A stretch of DNA of 63,821 nt, counting the filler, from Octopus bimaculoides (taxonomy: Eukaryota): NCBI RefSeq assembly GCF_001194135.2. It is 5 parts of 5 records of this genome, joined end to end, with 100 filler letters (N's around TTAATTAATTAA, not from the genome) between each part and the next. Parts side by side here need not be neighbours in the genome. Positions count along the whole stretch, not along the records: positions 47,633 to 58,162 come from NC_068988.1; positions 58,263 to 61,684 come from NC_069005.1; positions 61,785 to 63,821 come from NW_026436868.1; 2 more parts are not named here. The stretch is one strand, 5' to 3'. Below are positions 52,209 to 63,821 of this stretch, piece by piece. The notes under the pieces are model-generated. The model ran no database searches. It worked only from the letters and a program-made list of their open reading frames with translations, and was not told the origin of the DNA. The stretch's first letter is position 1. The number at the start of each line of letters is the position of its first letter. Made by a program: the position numbers and the translations under genes.

Positions 52209-53596
52209 TAAAAGTGTTCTCATAAAAAGAGAACTATTTTATGAAAACATGTCACATAAAATCGGTCCCCCATTTTGCTATCCATCTTGTGTAAAGAACT
52301 TAGATATAGGGAGATAGTTATATGCTATTTATTTCATCACGAATTCTATAGGGGCTATTGCGGAAGAGTAAATTATCTCATATAAAAATCAACAATTTTA
52401 ATGTTTTATTGAGTGAATGTGATGTCACTGTCGTGTCTATTTACACGAAGACACATATATGAATAATCGGTCAGAGGGAAACGGCTGCGACTACGTAATT
52501 TAAATCTCCTATAAACATATGAAAAGGAGTGTCAATATCTGCTTAGTTAACTGTATTTCCTAGCATTTTATCTAGGTAAACATAGGAAGCAAAGAATGAT
52601 AACAACAACGAATTAGCTACATTTATGGGTTTTATGTTTAACGGCAGTTTACATTAGATTACACAGGACGACTGAATAGTGTATAGTAGACGACAAGGGA
52701 ACGTTAGTTCCCTCGGATAAGGCAGCAGCTGTTACCATGTCTATCAAACTCTTATTTCTATCTATTTCCTATAATTTTAAATTTAATTTATTCCTTTTAA
52801 ATAGATGTATGTCGAAACACTCAATATTCGTATACATATTTCTGCTTTCATTAAAAATGCCTCAGCTTCGCAGGATTTGTAATAAGACCGAAATATGTCT
52901 GGGGCTGTCTGAGGAACAAATTAGACAATATATCTCGTAGTCTCCCTACTTGAGTGAATTTCTGATTACGTGGTAGCTTGCTGTTTGGAATTGATTACGT
53001 TGTCTTCTATATATTTCCTAATTACAATATATTTCGTACACTAAATTCCGCATTGAAACAAGTATCTATATTCGATGTGATACTGTAATTAGTCTGAAGA
53101 GAATTTCAGTGAAATTCTTGCAAAATACGCATTTTGAAGTGATGGACAACCATTTGATTCCAGAATTGTAGAACTAGCAAACTGGAACAGAAACTTAGGA
53201 GAGATATACTCTGTATTCATAAAAAAGATTAAGCATGGGTGTGTTGCCCATAAATTTAGAAATGATGATTATATTAACATGGAATGAAGACTGTGCGCAC
53301 CATACCAAGACAATCACGATCGTTACATTTTGCAATCCGCGAGTTAAAGAAATCTACTAAATATCGAATAAATAAACGGGCGAGTGAAATTTTTAGCCTC
53401 ACTCACAACATACAACAACAAATTTAATCATGGTAGCACCTACCGAGACATAATGTTGCTGCTTTAAAAACTGCTTGGGACTGTCTGTCATGTCACACGG
53501 AAAATAGACTGCCTTGGACATAAATAAACAACAATTCTGCTATTCAATCCATTCATCCGTTCAACCATGCACACACACACTCAAACACACACACAC

Positions 53597-54430
53597 GCAT
53601 CAGCATCAACGGCCAATCCCAAGAAATTGAACACCTCACATGCTATGGAAGAATCCTGTCAAAGACCCCCACGTGTAGAAAGAACGTGGAGAACCGGATT
53701 GGAGAAGCCCACTCCTCTTTCGGCAAATTCAGCCAACGTGTATTCTTCAATCACGCACTGACTATCCAAACAAACATCATGGTCTTCAGTGCCATTGCCC
53801 TGCAAACTCTACTCTGCGCGTATGAGATTTGGACGTTGTACCGCCGTAACTTCAAGCGCCTTGAATGCTTCCAGCAAACCAAGCTACGACAGATCCTCAA
53901 CATACAATGCGAAGATCACCTTACTAATAACGAGGTTCTTCGCCGCGCCTCGCTACCAAGTGTCGAAGCTACCATTTTCCCCCATCGTCTCCACTGGGCA
54001 GGTGATGTCCAGCGTATGGCGCCCTCTCGTCTTCCGAGGTTCATGCTCTACGGAGAACTTGCAATCGGAACAAGACCCAGAGAAGGTCCGAAATACCGTT
54101 TTAAAGATCAGTTCAAACGGACCTTGGCTCAAACTAACGTCCAGCCATCCTCATGAGAACAGATTGACATTGATTGGACAGCCTGGAGGATTGCTATCGG
54201 CAATGGTGCCAGCTCCTTCGAGTAGAATAGACAACAGAACGAGGAAGGAAAACGCAGGAGAGGAAAGGAGCGTCTTCAACATCCTCCACCTGCACCAACC
54301 ATCCCGTGCGAATTCTTCCCACGAATCTTTCACCACCGAATTGGACTCCAAAGTCACATTCGGCACAAACATCAGCTGTGGAGACTGGAGGGAAACTGAC
54401 GAACCCAATGCTCGGATATGAGCTGGAGCC
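53597..54430 (+). mobile_element. 3' fragment of an RTE-clade LINE
   Basis: ENRIGEAHSSFGKF..VFFNHALTIQTNIMVFSAIALQTLLCAYEIWTLYRR..RLECFQQTKLRQILNI..DHLTNNEVLRRASLPSVEA..RLHWAGDVQRM..SRLPRFMLYGEL..G.RP..GPKYRFKDQFKR is the typical RTE post-RT region. Confidence 0.9.
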
Positions 54431-54451
54431 GACAATATGTATACATATATA

Positions 54452-54504
<53 letters not shown>

Positions 54505-54509
54505 GTGAG

Positions 54510-54770
54510 TGCGCGCGTGGTACATGGCTCACTGGTTGGAGCGTCGGACCCACAATCATGAGGTAGTGAGTTCGATTTTGGGACTGGGTTGTGTGTTGTA
54601 TTCTTGAGAAAGACACTTTGCATTTTCCATGGTTAGCATCTGTGGCGTTGAGAAGGGAAACTGGTATGCATGGGCGACAGCTGGTGTTTCATAAAACCTT
54701 GCCAGGACTTGTGCCTCAGAAAGTTACTTTCTAAGTGCAATCCCATGGTCATTCATGACCGAAGGGTTTC
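54510..54770 (+). mobile_element. tRNA-derived SINE, third family
   Basis: A-box-like TGGCTCACTGG and B-box GAGTTCGATT, then gtgttgtattcttgagaaagacact; it ends caatcccatggtcattcatgaccgaaggg. Confidence 0.75.
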
Positions 54771-55477
54771 TTTATATGCATAAATAAGCACGTATGTAGA
54801 CAAATACACATGTACGTCTATATAGGTATGAGGAGTGACAAGGCTCCTAATTCGAACGCAGTAGATGGGGAGCTGTTTTTCTTTGGGAATTCATTCTCTG
54901 ATTGGGAGATATAAACAGACCTGTATGATAGACACATCTTCACAGAGCAAGTAGTGATGACGTAACGTCAGTCGAAAACAGAATTGTACCTGCTCTCCAG
55001 AACCGCTAAACCAATCATACTGATTGAAAATGTAACGCTCTGGTTGAGCAGATTCATGATTTCTGAGCAGTTAATGAAATCTAGGGCTCACTCGATAAAT
55101 CATCTTTGAAGTTATTTCACGCAATTGCATCATATAAAGAGGCTGATTGCAACAGCTTTCCAGCTAGAACGGTGCGCTGTTTCCGGCAAAATGTTCTCAG
55201 ACAACTGAAAAGATAGGCATAGCAGCTGAGACACGCTCAAATTGACTCTAGTTGACAAGAGACCTTCGGTTGAACCCTTCCACAGGCGAAAACTAATTCA
55301 CTCTTCGCTGCTCCACTCAGGAAAAGCATAGAGGCTAAGATGCGAAACACTTGTGACACTGAAATATGACACAGAAGAGTTTCTGACATTGTGATGTATT
55401 TAGAAGAGCTTGCAATATCTCTGAGCAGAACATATAGTGTTTTGCGTGGGACAAAGCATATCCGATGCTTATTTTTC

Positions 55478-55534
<57 letters not shown>

Positions 55535-55726
55535 AACCGATATATATANNNNNNNNNNNNNNNNNNNNNNNNNNNNNNNNNNNNNNNNNNNNNNNNNNNN
55601 NNNNNNNNNNNNNNNNNNNNNNNNNNNNNNNNNNNNNNNNNNNNNNNNNNNNNNNNNNNNNNNNNNNNNNNNNNNNNNNNNNNNNNNNNNNNNNNNNNNN
55701 NNNNNNNNNNNNNNNNNNNNNNNNNN

Positions 55727-55758
<32 letters not shown>

Positions 55759-57435
55759 CTTCATATTTATTCATGATTCCACTTCTATAAATTTATACAT
55801 ACACGTGTATATATGTGCATTTGTATAAATACATGAATGTTTTATGCGTTCATATAGAGATATTCTGTCACAATTACTTCTATATTTATTACCATATTTA
55901 ATGTAATTTTTTCCGTATGAATATGTGTTAATATCAAATATTACGAAGTGCTGACAATGAATATATGAGAGAAATACTCGTATTTTCACCTCATGCAAAC
56001 CTAACACTCGAGAAGTTATATCTTTTAATGTTTTATATATTCCTTTCTGTTTTCGTTTCTTTTTGCAATGAAATGTTGACATCTCACAAGAAGTATGTGT
56101 TTATAATTTAGATACCCTCACATCTCTAAATGTCATATCTCTAAATCCGAACATAATTTCTGAATATATGGCTTCTAACAATAATATTCTTTAGCTTATT
56201 TTTATTTTTTGTTTTTTTAAGTTTCTTTATGATAAATAAGGAATTTGATTCATATGTTATTTGGAAAATCTATTGATTACGATGAATTCTATAGAAATAG
56301 TTTTTTTCGAATGCGTTAATTGTTCAATATGTTCTAAAGATATTTTCTGCTATAAACGCTGGGAGAGATTTTTCACTTGATTTAAGTTATCTGAAATTTA
56401 AAGGATAAATTTCTGCAAATTAATTTATATTATTTGAAATCTTATTTAAGTATATTTTCTTTAACCTGCTATACGCTTGTATTACTCTCTTATGTACAAA
56501 GCGTTGTTTTAGTTATAATATTGAACTGAATTCAGACATCAAAAGGGATTTTAAAAGTGTTTAAAATATCTGATATTCACCAAATTAGGTTCCAAGAGCA
56601 TACCTGTAAAACTTCAAAGTTATCCTAATGAAAATACAACATTGTCCCGGTTTTAAAAAATCTGAAACATCATTTCTGAATGTATTAGTCACATAGGCAT
56701 AGTCCTTAGTCTGTTGATGACCTGGTCAACGCCTAGAAGAAAGAGATGTATTTTCAGGTTGAGAACGCAATATGGTCACATACATTTGCTCACTCATGGC
56801 CATTTGAACTATTAGAAATGCCAAACATAGCAAATTCTATCATCATAAAAAAGAAAAAAAAATCGGATTAGATAATGTGTTCTGAGAAAAAGAAATAGTT
56901 TGCAAAGGAAGGGCGATACATGCTTTCAATGACTAAATATATAGTCGTGTTTTGTTACACTAATCATAAGAAATCAGTAAAGTAGTGAATGGCTCATCCT
57001 AAATATAATAGTAATGAGGTTGTTGCGTATGAATGTCTGTCATATAATATAGTATTTGAGAGTATATAATTATATTTCAATATATACTTGAATGGGAAGA
57101 TTTATTTTTAATAAATATGATATTTTGGACAAAATAACTTACAGTAACATATTTCTTAGCTCCATATCTTATATTTGGATGGTAGTTCTCCGGATGGTAG
57201 TTCTCTGTTATTTATTTTCATACTTGCATATCTTATATTCATATTCCACCTACATCTGGCGTGAATCCTTGAAAAGCAAATTTCCAAATTTAGAGCTAGT
57301 TCGCAGAATACCCCTGAAATATTGAAGCAATCCTAACATTCACATTATTTACATTATTTATTTTTGACGGATATTTAACCTCATCGTCATTCTTGTTAAC
57401 ACAACGTTTCGGCTGCTATACCTTGGATGTTGTTG

Positions 57436-57487
<52 letters not shown>

Positions 57488-57492
<5 letters not shown>

Positions 57493-57557
57493 TCACTGCC
57501 TGGAATCGAACTCGGAATCTTAGGGTTAGTAGACCACGTCCTTAACCACTACGCCAT
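57488..57557 (-). mobile_element. Minimal tRNA-derived SINE or tRNA retropseudogene with a (TAA)n tail
   Basis: tggcgtagtggttaaggacgtggtctactaaccctaagattccgagttcgattccaggcagtgacctga followed by (TAA)n at 57437-57487. It has A and B boxes but no acceptor stem. Confidence 0.75.
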
Positions 57558-57953
57558 ATGCATATATTTTTGCTTCACATCCAGTTAGATAACCTTTTGT
57601 AAATGTTACTATCACAAATGGAAACCCGTAACCAAAGACGTCACTATCCACATAATTTCAGGCGAAACGAACCGCAAAATTTTAGAAACATTCCTACAAT
57701 AATTTTCTATTAATTGAACCAATTAAATTTCTTGTTTTTGTCTGTATTTCTCTGCATGTGTTTTATGTGAAACGCTTTATTGATTTCTTTACACTAATAA
57801 TCTATAAAGAGAAATCACTGAAGGAATTTGAATATTTTTTCACCGAGAATATCAAATAGTCTAAGCTAGGGAAAAAATAAATAGAATATTTAGTCAAATA
57901 TATTTTGCTCTGTCTGTAGGTTACTCAGAGTATATGTAAGTATGAATACCTAC

Positions 57954-58028
<75 letters not shown>

Positions 58029-58852
58029 CTATATGCTTACAATCATGTCCATGTAGTAATAAGTTTCAAATGTTGACGCAAGGTGAGCAATTTCTGGAGA
58101 GACACATTGCTCCCAGTACTCTGTTGGTACTTATTTTGTCGATTCCGAAAGGATGGAAGGTGNNNNNNNNNNNNNNNNNNNNNNNNNNNNNNNNNNNNNN
58201 NNNNNNTTAATTAATTAANNNNNNNNNNNNNNNNNNNNNNNNNNNNNNNNNNNNNNNNNNNNGTCTTGCCTTCACAGCGGCTGGAGTGAAAAGAAAGCTG
58301 ACCACAGGTCACACGAGAGCAGAGAGGATGGTGGAGGGAGGAAATGGAACAAGGAGGAAGGGACAGCAGCAGTGAAGTAGAGGCCAGGACAGAAGGGTAG
58401 ATAGGAAGATAGAGGAAGACAGATAGATAAATAGATAGAGAGGATGGTGAAGGGAGGAAGTGGGACAGAAGGGTATAGCAGTGAAGTAGAGGCCAGGACA
58501 GAGGTATAGATAGAAAGATAGATAGAGAGAGAGAGAGAGAGAGAGCTATATATATATATATATGTATGTATGTATGAAAATATGCTTGTATATATTTATG
58601 TATGCAGTAGATAGATACACATGAACGTCGGTAGTTCAACTTTAGTTCATCAATGCAACATATTTAACCACTGAGAGTGCTCAACACCTCAACAGGTATT
58701 CTGTGCCATACCTATATTTTACTACATGATTCAAAGAAAAAGGGGTTTTAAGCAGACCTTGAATATTCTGCATCAGAAAATATTGAATATTTGCAACAAG
58801 CTTCCCTGCAAGATGATATTTTAGTGACTATTCGCGAAGTCATTTTTTTTCC

Positions 58853-59224
58853 TCCCAACCACATGTTTCTGGGTTCAGTCCCACTGCATGGCACCTTGGA
58901 CAAGTGTCTTCTACTATAGCCTCGTGTTGACCAAAGCCTTGTGAGTGGGATTTCGCAAATGGAAACTGAAAGAAGCCAATTATATATATATATATATGTA
59001 TGTATTTATGTGTGTGTTTTTCCCCCCACCATCGCTTGACAACCGATGTTGGTGTGTTTATTTCTCTGTAACTTAGTGTGGTTCAGTAAAAGAGACTAAT
59101 AGAATAAGCACTAGGCTTACAAAGAATAAGTCCTGGGGTTGATTTCTTCGACCAAAAAATCCTTCAAGGTGGTGCTCCAGCATGGCCACAGTCAAATGTA
59201 ATGAAACAAGAATAAAAGAATAAA
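58853..59224 (+). mobile_element. Near-full-length CORE-like (OR2-type) SINE
   Basis: ccaaccacatgtttctgggttcagtcccactgcatggcaccttggacaagtgtcttctactatagc...ggtgctccagcatggccacagtcaaatg with a (gaataaaa) tail. The GGCACCTTGG.CAAGT segment resembles the CORE domain. Confidence 0.82.
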
Positions 59225-59761
59225 TTGACATGAAATTTTGATGGAAGATTTTTAATTTAGACCACTTTAAAACGAGGTTTTGGTTTTGTATTGTGGAATC
59301 AGAGCCTGTCTTCGGTTTGTTGGCATCAAAGGGATAAAGGTGCTATCCATTCAGAAGGATTGAACTCAGAAACACACAGTTGCAAACTAAACTTCTTAAC
59401 CACACAGCCATTGTCTGCACTTAACTCTTGAGATTTCAATCAGGACAAAAAATGGAAATCTCTGCTTGAAGAAATAATGATCAGAGCACAAAGATTGTAT
59501 TATCTCTTTCCTAAGATCTTAAGATGGTGATGTTGATATTTGTAGTAGTTACAGATGCTGGTGAGGATAAATAGTATAGGTGGTGGTGGTGGTGGTGATG
59601 GCGGTGAAGGGAAAAGGAGTTTATGGGTTAGATGGTGGTGATGATATATATATATATATACATATACATATACATATATATTAGATCATGGTTATATGTT
59701 GGATCATGGTTATGAATGTGTCTACATGTGTGTGTGTACGTGTGTGTGTGTGTAGCAGGGA

Positions 59762-59925
59762 TGTTTAATCCTTTGACATCTAAACTGGCCAGATCTGGCC
59801 TCTCGCACTTACCTTACAATGCCATCCTTAAAATAAAATTTTCACATCATCGAACTCTCGAAGCTACAAAATATAATGTACAATCAATCCAAAACAAGGC
59901 GAATAAACAAGCATTGCATTTGGCA
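59762..59925 (+). mobile_element. Truncated piggyBac-like MITE
   Basis: It starts tttaatcctttgac, a degenerate TTAA-CCCTTT end; the internal sequence is recognised from memory only. Another degenerate right end (atcaaagggataa) lies near 59326-59338. Confidence 0.45.
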
Positions 59926-60269
59926 GGTGATGGTCATGGCGTCGGTGTTGGCAAGGGTGATGGTGTCAGCAATGGTGATGGTGTTGGTGAGTGATGGTAG
60001 GAACGGTGGACAGGGTGTGATGGTACGGCTGGTGTGTGGCAATGGCTGGTGTAGGGTTGTGATGGGGGTCGGGTGTCGGCTGACGGTGGGAAACTTCCTC
60101 GAGAAGAACTGGACCGTGACAATTTAAATTTTTTTTTGGTTGAAAACATCAACTAAATCTGCAGATCTTTGATCACGTTTTATTTATTTATTTATGTATT
60201 TATGTATTTATTATATTTGTTTGTTTGTTTATTCCTCATTGTTGTTTATTCATCCTCACCATCATTATA

Positions 60270-60620
60270 CATATCGCTGTTGTCATCATCGTCATCGTCA
60301 TCATCATCGTCATCATCATCGTCATCATCATCATCATCATCACTGTCGTTGTCATTATCGCTACCACAACCACTGCAACCACCACTACCAACAGCAGCAA
60401 CAAAACAACAACATACCTATTGCCACCACCATCACCACTACCACCACCATCATCATCATCATCGTCACCATCATCATCATCATCGCCAACATCATTATCA
60501 TCGTCGTCGTCGTCGTCGTCGTCGTCATCATCATCGTCATCATCATTNNNNNNNNNNGTCGTCGTCGTCGTCGTCGTCGTCATCATCATCGTCATCATCA
60601 TTGTCCTCATCATTGTCATT
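60270..60620. repeat. Compound (CAT/CGT/CAC)n microsatellite
   Basis: Seen directly. Confidence 0.93.
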
Positions 60621-61648
60621 GTGATCGCTAACAACCACCACCATCTACAGACAAAGAGAGAGAGAGAGAAAGATCAAGAATAAGGACAGAAACAGGTGTG
60701 CAGCTGTGACGGAGATACCTGGTTACCCAGCCAGGGGGAAAAGCAAGAGAAAAAAAGAGAGAATGAAAGACAGCAAGAGAAGCAGGAGGGAGGTGGTGGC
60801 AAGGCGCCAGGGCATTCTCCCCAAAAACAGGGATCAGAACATAGTGAGGACGGTAGAGTAAAGGAAGAGAGAGGTAGGTGGTGGCAGGTGATAGGTGGGA
60901 CAGCATGGCCGGAGTCAAACGACTGAAACAGAGGAAGGAATGAAAGATTTATGCCCTATATGAAAGATTTATGCCCTGCAGAGATGATGCAGGGCAAGAA
61001 AGGACCACTTCTGCTTTTGGAGGTGACAATGTAACCACGGTTACCTCTCATCATGACGGTACCATGAAGAAATGCATCCAGTTCACTTGATAAAATGCTT
61101 GTCAAATGATCGCAGATGTTGCAGGGTTAAGGTGACAGGCACGGTGGGCGAGGGGGAGTGGTGGTGGTGGTGGTGGANNNNNNNNNNNNNNNNNNNNNNN
61201 NNNNNNNNNNNNNNNNNNGTGGCGTGGTGGTAATGGTGTTGGTGGTGTGGTGGTGCTGGTGGCGGTGGTGCTGGTGCTGGTGCTGGTGACGGTGGTGGTG
61301 GTGGTGGTCTCTGTGATAAGAACTCGACAGCATCTTCAGTTCTTGGTGCCACTTTGTAATGAGTCCTGAAACACTCTGTAGAGTGGATGGTGCTAAGGAG
61401 GACGTTCAGCTGTGCCGAAATGAAGTCAATGCCAAAATGAAACATGAATGAGATGTGGTTCCCCTCCCCCACCGGAGAGAACAGTGACAAGAAATTACTG
61501 TGAACTGTGAAAACCTTGCCATGATGAAGATGAAGATGATGATGATGATGATGTTACATACAAATGTATGTGTTTATGCTGGGATTTGTTTGTATACTTG
61601 TGCATATGTGTCAATGTTAGTGTGTGTATGTCTGTCTGTGTGTGTTTA

Positions 61649-61684
<36 letters not shown>

Positions 61685-63655
61685 NNNNNNNNNNNNNNNN
61701 NNNNNNNNNNNNNNNNNNNNNNNNNNNNTTAATTAATTAANNNNNNNNNNNNNNNNNNNNNNNNNNNNNNNNNNNNNNNNNNNNAATTTCAGATAGATAG
61801 ATAGATAGGTATCCATACACATATATATATACGCACAACACATACATAAACATGTACATACATATATATGGTCAGGAGACAGGCAAATTGTTAAGTATCA
61901 CACTAACACAAGCAGTGTTATGCATATCACGTTATAAAACTGTCGCCCGTCAAAAGGTACTGACATACACTCAGTAGCAGACACACACACGCACCCACAT
62001 AAATACATACAGACATGCACACTCACACGCACGCACACACACACACACACATGCACACACACATATATACATATATACATACATACATATATATGAATGT
62101 ATGCATGCATGTGTGCATATATATGCGTATATATATATGTATATTCTTCGAAAGGCCGGTGTTTTAATGGTGGCAGCTGATGAAGGAGATGTTTCTATGT
62201 GACTTGCTTGTTTGTTGTACCTTGTTTATCATTTTGTCCATGTTCTTTTGCCACGTCATGTACCCAGTTATGTATCTATATGTACATGTAGATGAAGGTA
62301 TGTACATNNNNNNNNNNNNNNNNNNNNNNNNNNNNNNNNNNNNNNNNNNNNNNNNNNNNNNNNNNNNNNNNNNNNNNNNNNNNNNNNNNNNNNNNNNNNN
62401 NNNNNNNNNNNNNNNNNNNNNNNNNNNNNNNNNNNNNNNNNNNNNNNNNNNNNNNNNNNNNNNNNNNNNNNNNNNNNNNNNNNNNNNNNNNNNNNNNNNN
62501 NNNNNNNNNNNNNNNNNNNNNNNNNNNNNNNNNNNNNNNNNNNNNNNNNNNNNNNNNNNNNNNNNNNNNNNNNNNNNNNNNNNNNNNNNNNNNNNNNNNN
62601 NNNNNNNNNNNNNNNNNNNNNNNNNNNNNNNNNNNNNNNNNNNNNNNNNNNNNNNNNNNNNNNNNNNNNNNNNNNNNNNNNNNNNNNNNNNNNNNNNNNN
62701 NNNNNNNNNNNNNNNNNNNNNNNNNNNNNNNNNNNNNNNNNNNNNNNNNNNNNNNNNNNNNNNNNNNNNNNNNNNNNNNNNNNNNNNNNNNNNNNNNNNN
62801 NNNNNNNNNNNNNNNNNNNNNNNNNNNNNNNNNNNNNNNNNNNNNNNNNNNNNNNNNNNNNNNNNNNNNNNNNNNNNNNNNNNNNNNNNNNNNNNNNNNN
62901 NNNNNNNNNNNNNNNNNNNNNNNNNNNNNNNNNNNNNNNNNNNNNNNNNNNNNNNNNNNNNNNNNNNNNNNNNNNNNNNNNNNNNNNNNNNNNNNNNNNN
63001 NNNNNNNNNNNNNNNNNNNNNNNNNNNNNNNNNNNNNNNNNNNNNNNNNNNNNNNNNNNNNNNNNNNNNNNNNNNNNNNNNNNNNNNNNNNNNNNNNNNN
63101 NNNNNNNNNNNNNNNNNNNNNNNNNNNNNNNNNNNNNNNNNNNNNNNNNNNNNNNNNNNNNNNNNNNNNNNNNNNNNNNNNNNNNNNNNNNNNNNNNNNN
63201 NNNNNNNNNNNNNNNNNNNNNNNNNNNNNNNNNNNNNNNNNNNNNNNTATATATATATATTTATGTATGCATGTGTGTTTATGTATACACGCACACACAC
63301 ACACACACACACACAAACGCACACAGTAGCAAAACTCATATATACACACATTTTCCATCTCTAACATTTATACCCTTCAATATTACACACAGAATCTCTT
63401 AAATACACTTTCTACGCTTCACAGTAATACACACACATGTTCAAGTGCATACCATGAATATAGACGTTATTAGATTACATACATACATGCATGCATGCAT
63501 ACATACATGCATGCATACATACATGCATACATACATGCATACATGCATATTTATGACTATATATGTATGTACGTATGTATATGTAAACGCATATATATGT
63601 ATATGTACAATTCTCTCTCGCTCTTTCTTTCTTTCCTTCTTTTTCCCATCCTCTG

Positions 63656-63686
<31 letters not shown>

Positions 63687-63821
63687 ACAGATGTATATAT
63701 ACATGTTTATGTATATATATACATCTACACACACACACATATCACACATATACAAACATACTTACATACACACAAACGCTCATACACTCACTCATACATA
63801 CACTCATAATACATGCATACA

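Noticed and set aside
58320-58530. About 109-bp purine-rich direct duplication; also an 18-bp duplication at 60940-60977
   Set aside because: Ordinary local slippage duplications with no further structure.
59927-59986. 60-nt Gly-rich exon (CAG|GTGATG...GTTG|GTGAGT)
   Set aside because: The acceptor lies at the end of a MITE remnant with no pyrimidine tract, and the body is degenerate (GGT/GAT)n repeat.
59934-61490. Minus-strand Pro/His-rich ORFs (59934-60152 and 61083-61490)
   Set aside because: They derive from (GGT)n-type repeats and a repeat fragment, one spans a gap, and there is no domain or good splice context.

Overview
A 63.8-kb, AT-rich, gap-ridden eukaryotic window with very dense microsatellites. 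It is most likely from a coleoid cephalopod (Octopus). That assignment is an inference from SINE families I recognise from memory as octopus OK/OR-type elements; no database search was run. I can support no intact protein-coding gene, rRNA, tRNA gene or CRISPR array, and almost every long ORF in the track is an N-gap or microsatellite artefact. The interpretable content is a layered set of decayed mobile elements: four or more fragments of R4/Dong-type restriction-like-endonuclease (RLE) LINEs; a full-length but dead Hsmar1-like (cecropia) mariner with perfect 26-bp TIRs; two DD41D (rosa/VS) Tc1-mariner elements; three Penelope-like pieces; an RTE LINE 3' fragment; a probable Tx1-like LINE inside a (GATA)n tract; a hAT MITE containing a SINE; a Helitron-like non-autonomous element; and about 20 tRNA-derived SINE copies from at least 3 families. 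The best leads are SINE and R4 pile-ups at (TAA)n tracts, a 90-bp near-perfect hairpin, a 350-bp palindrome, and minus-strand polypyrimidine-YAG|GT junctions resembling recursive splice sites, which would place much of the window inside a long minus-strand intron. Four 100-bp spacers (N44-TTAATTAATTAA-N44) are artificial scaffold joins, so adjacency across them is not guaranteed.
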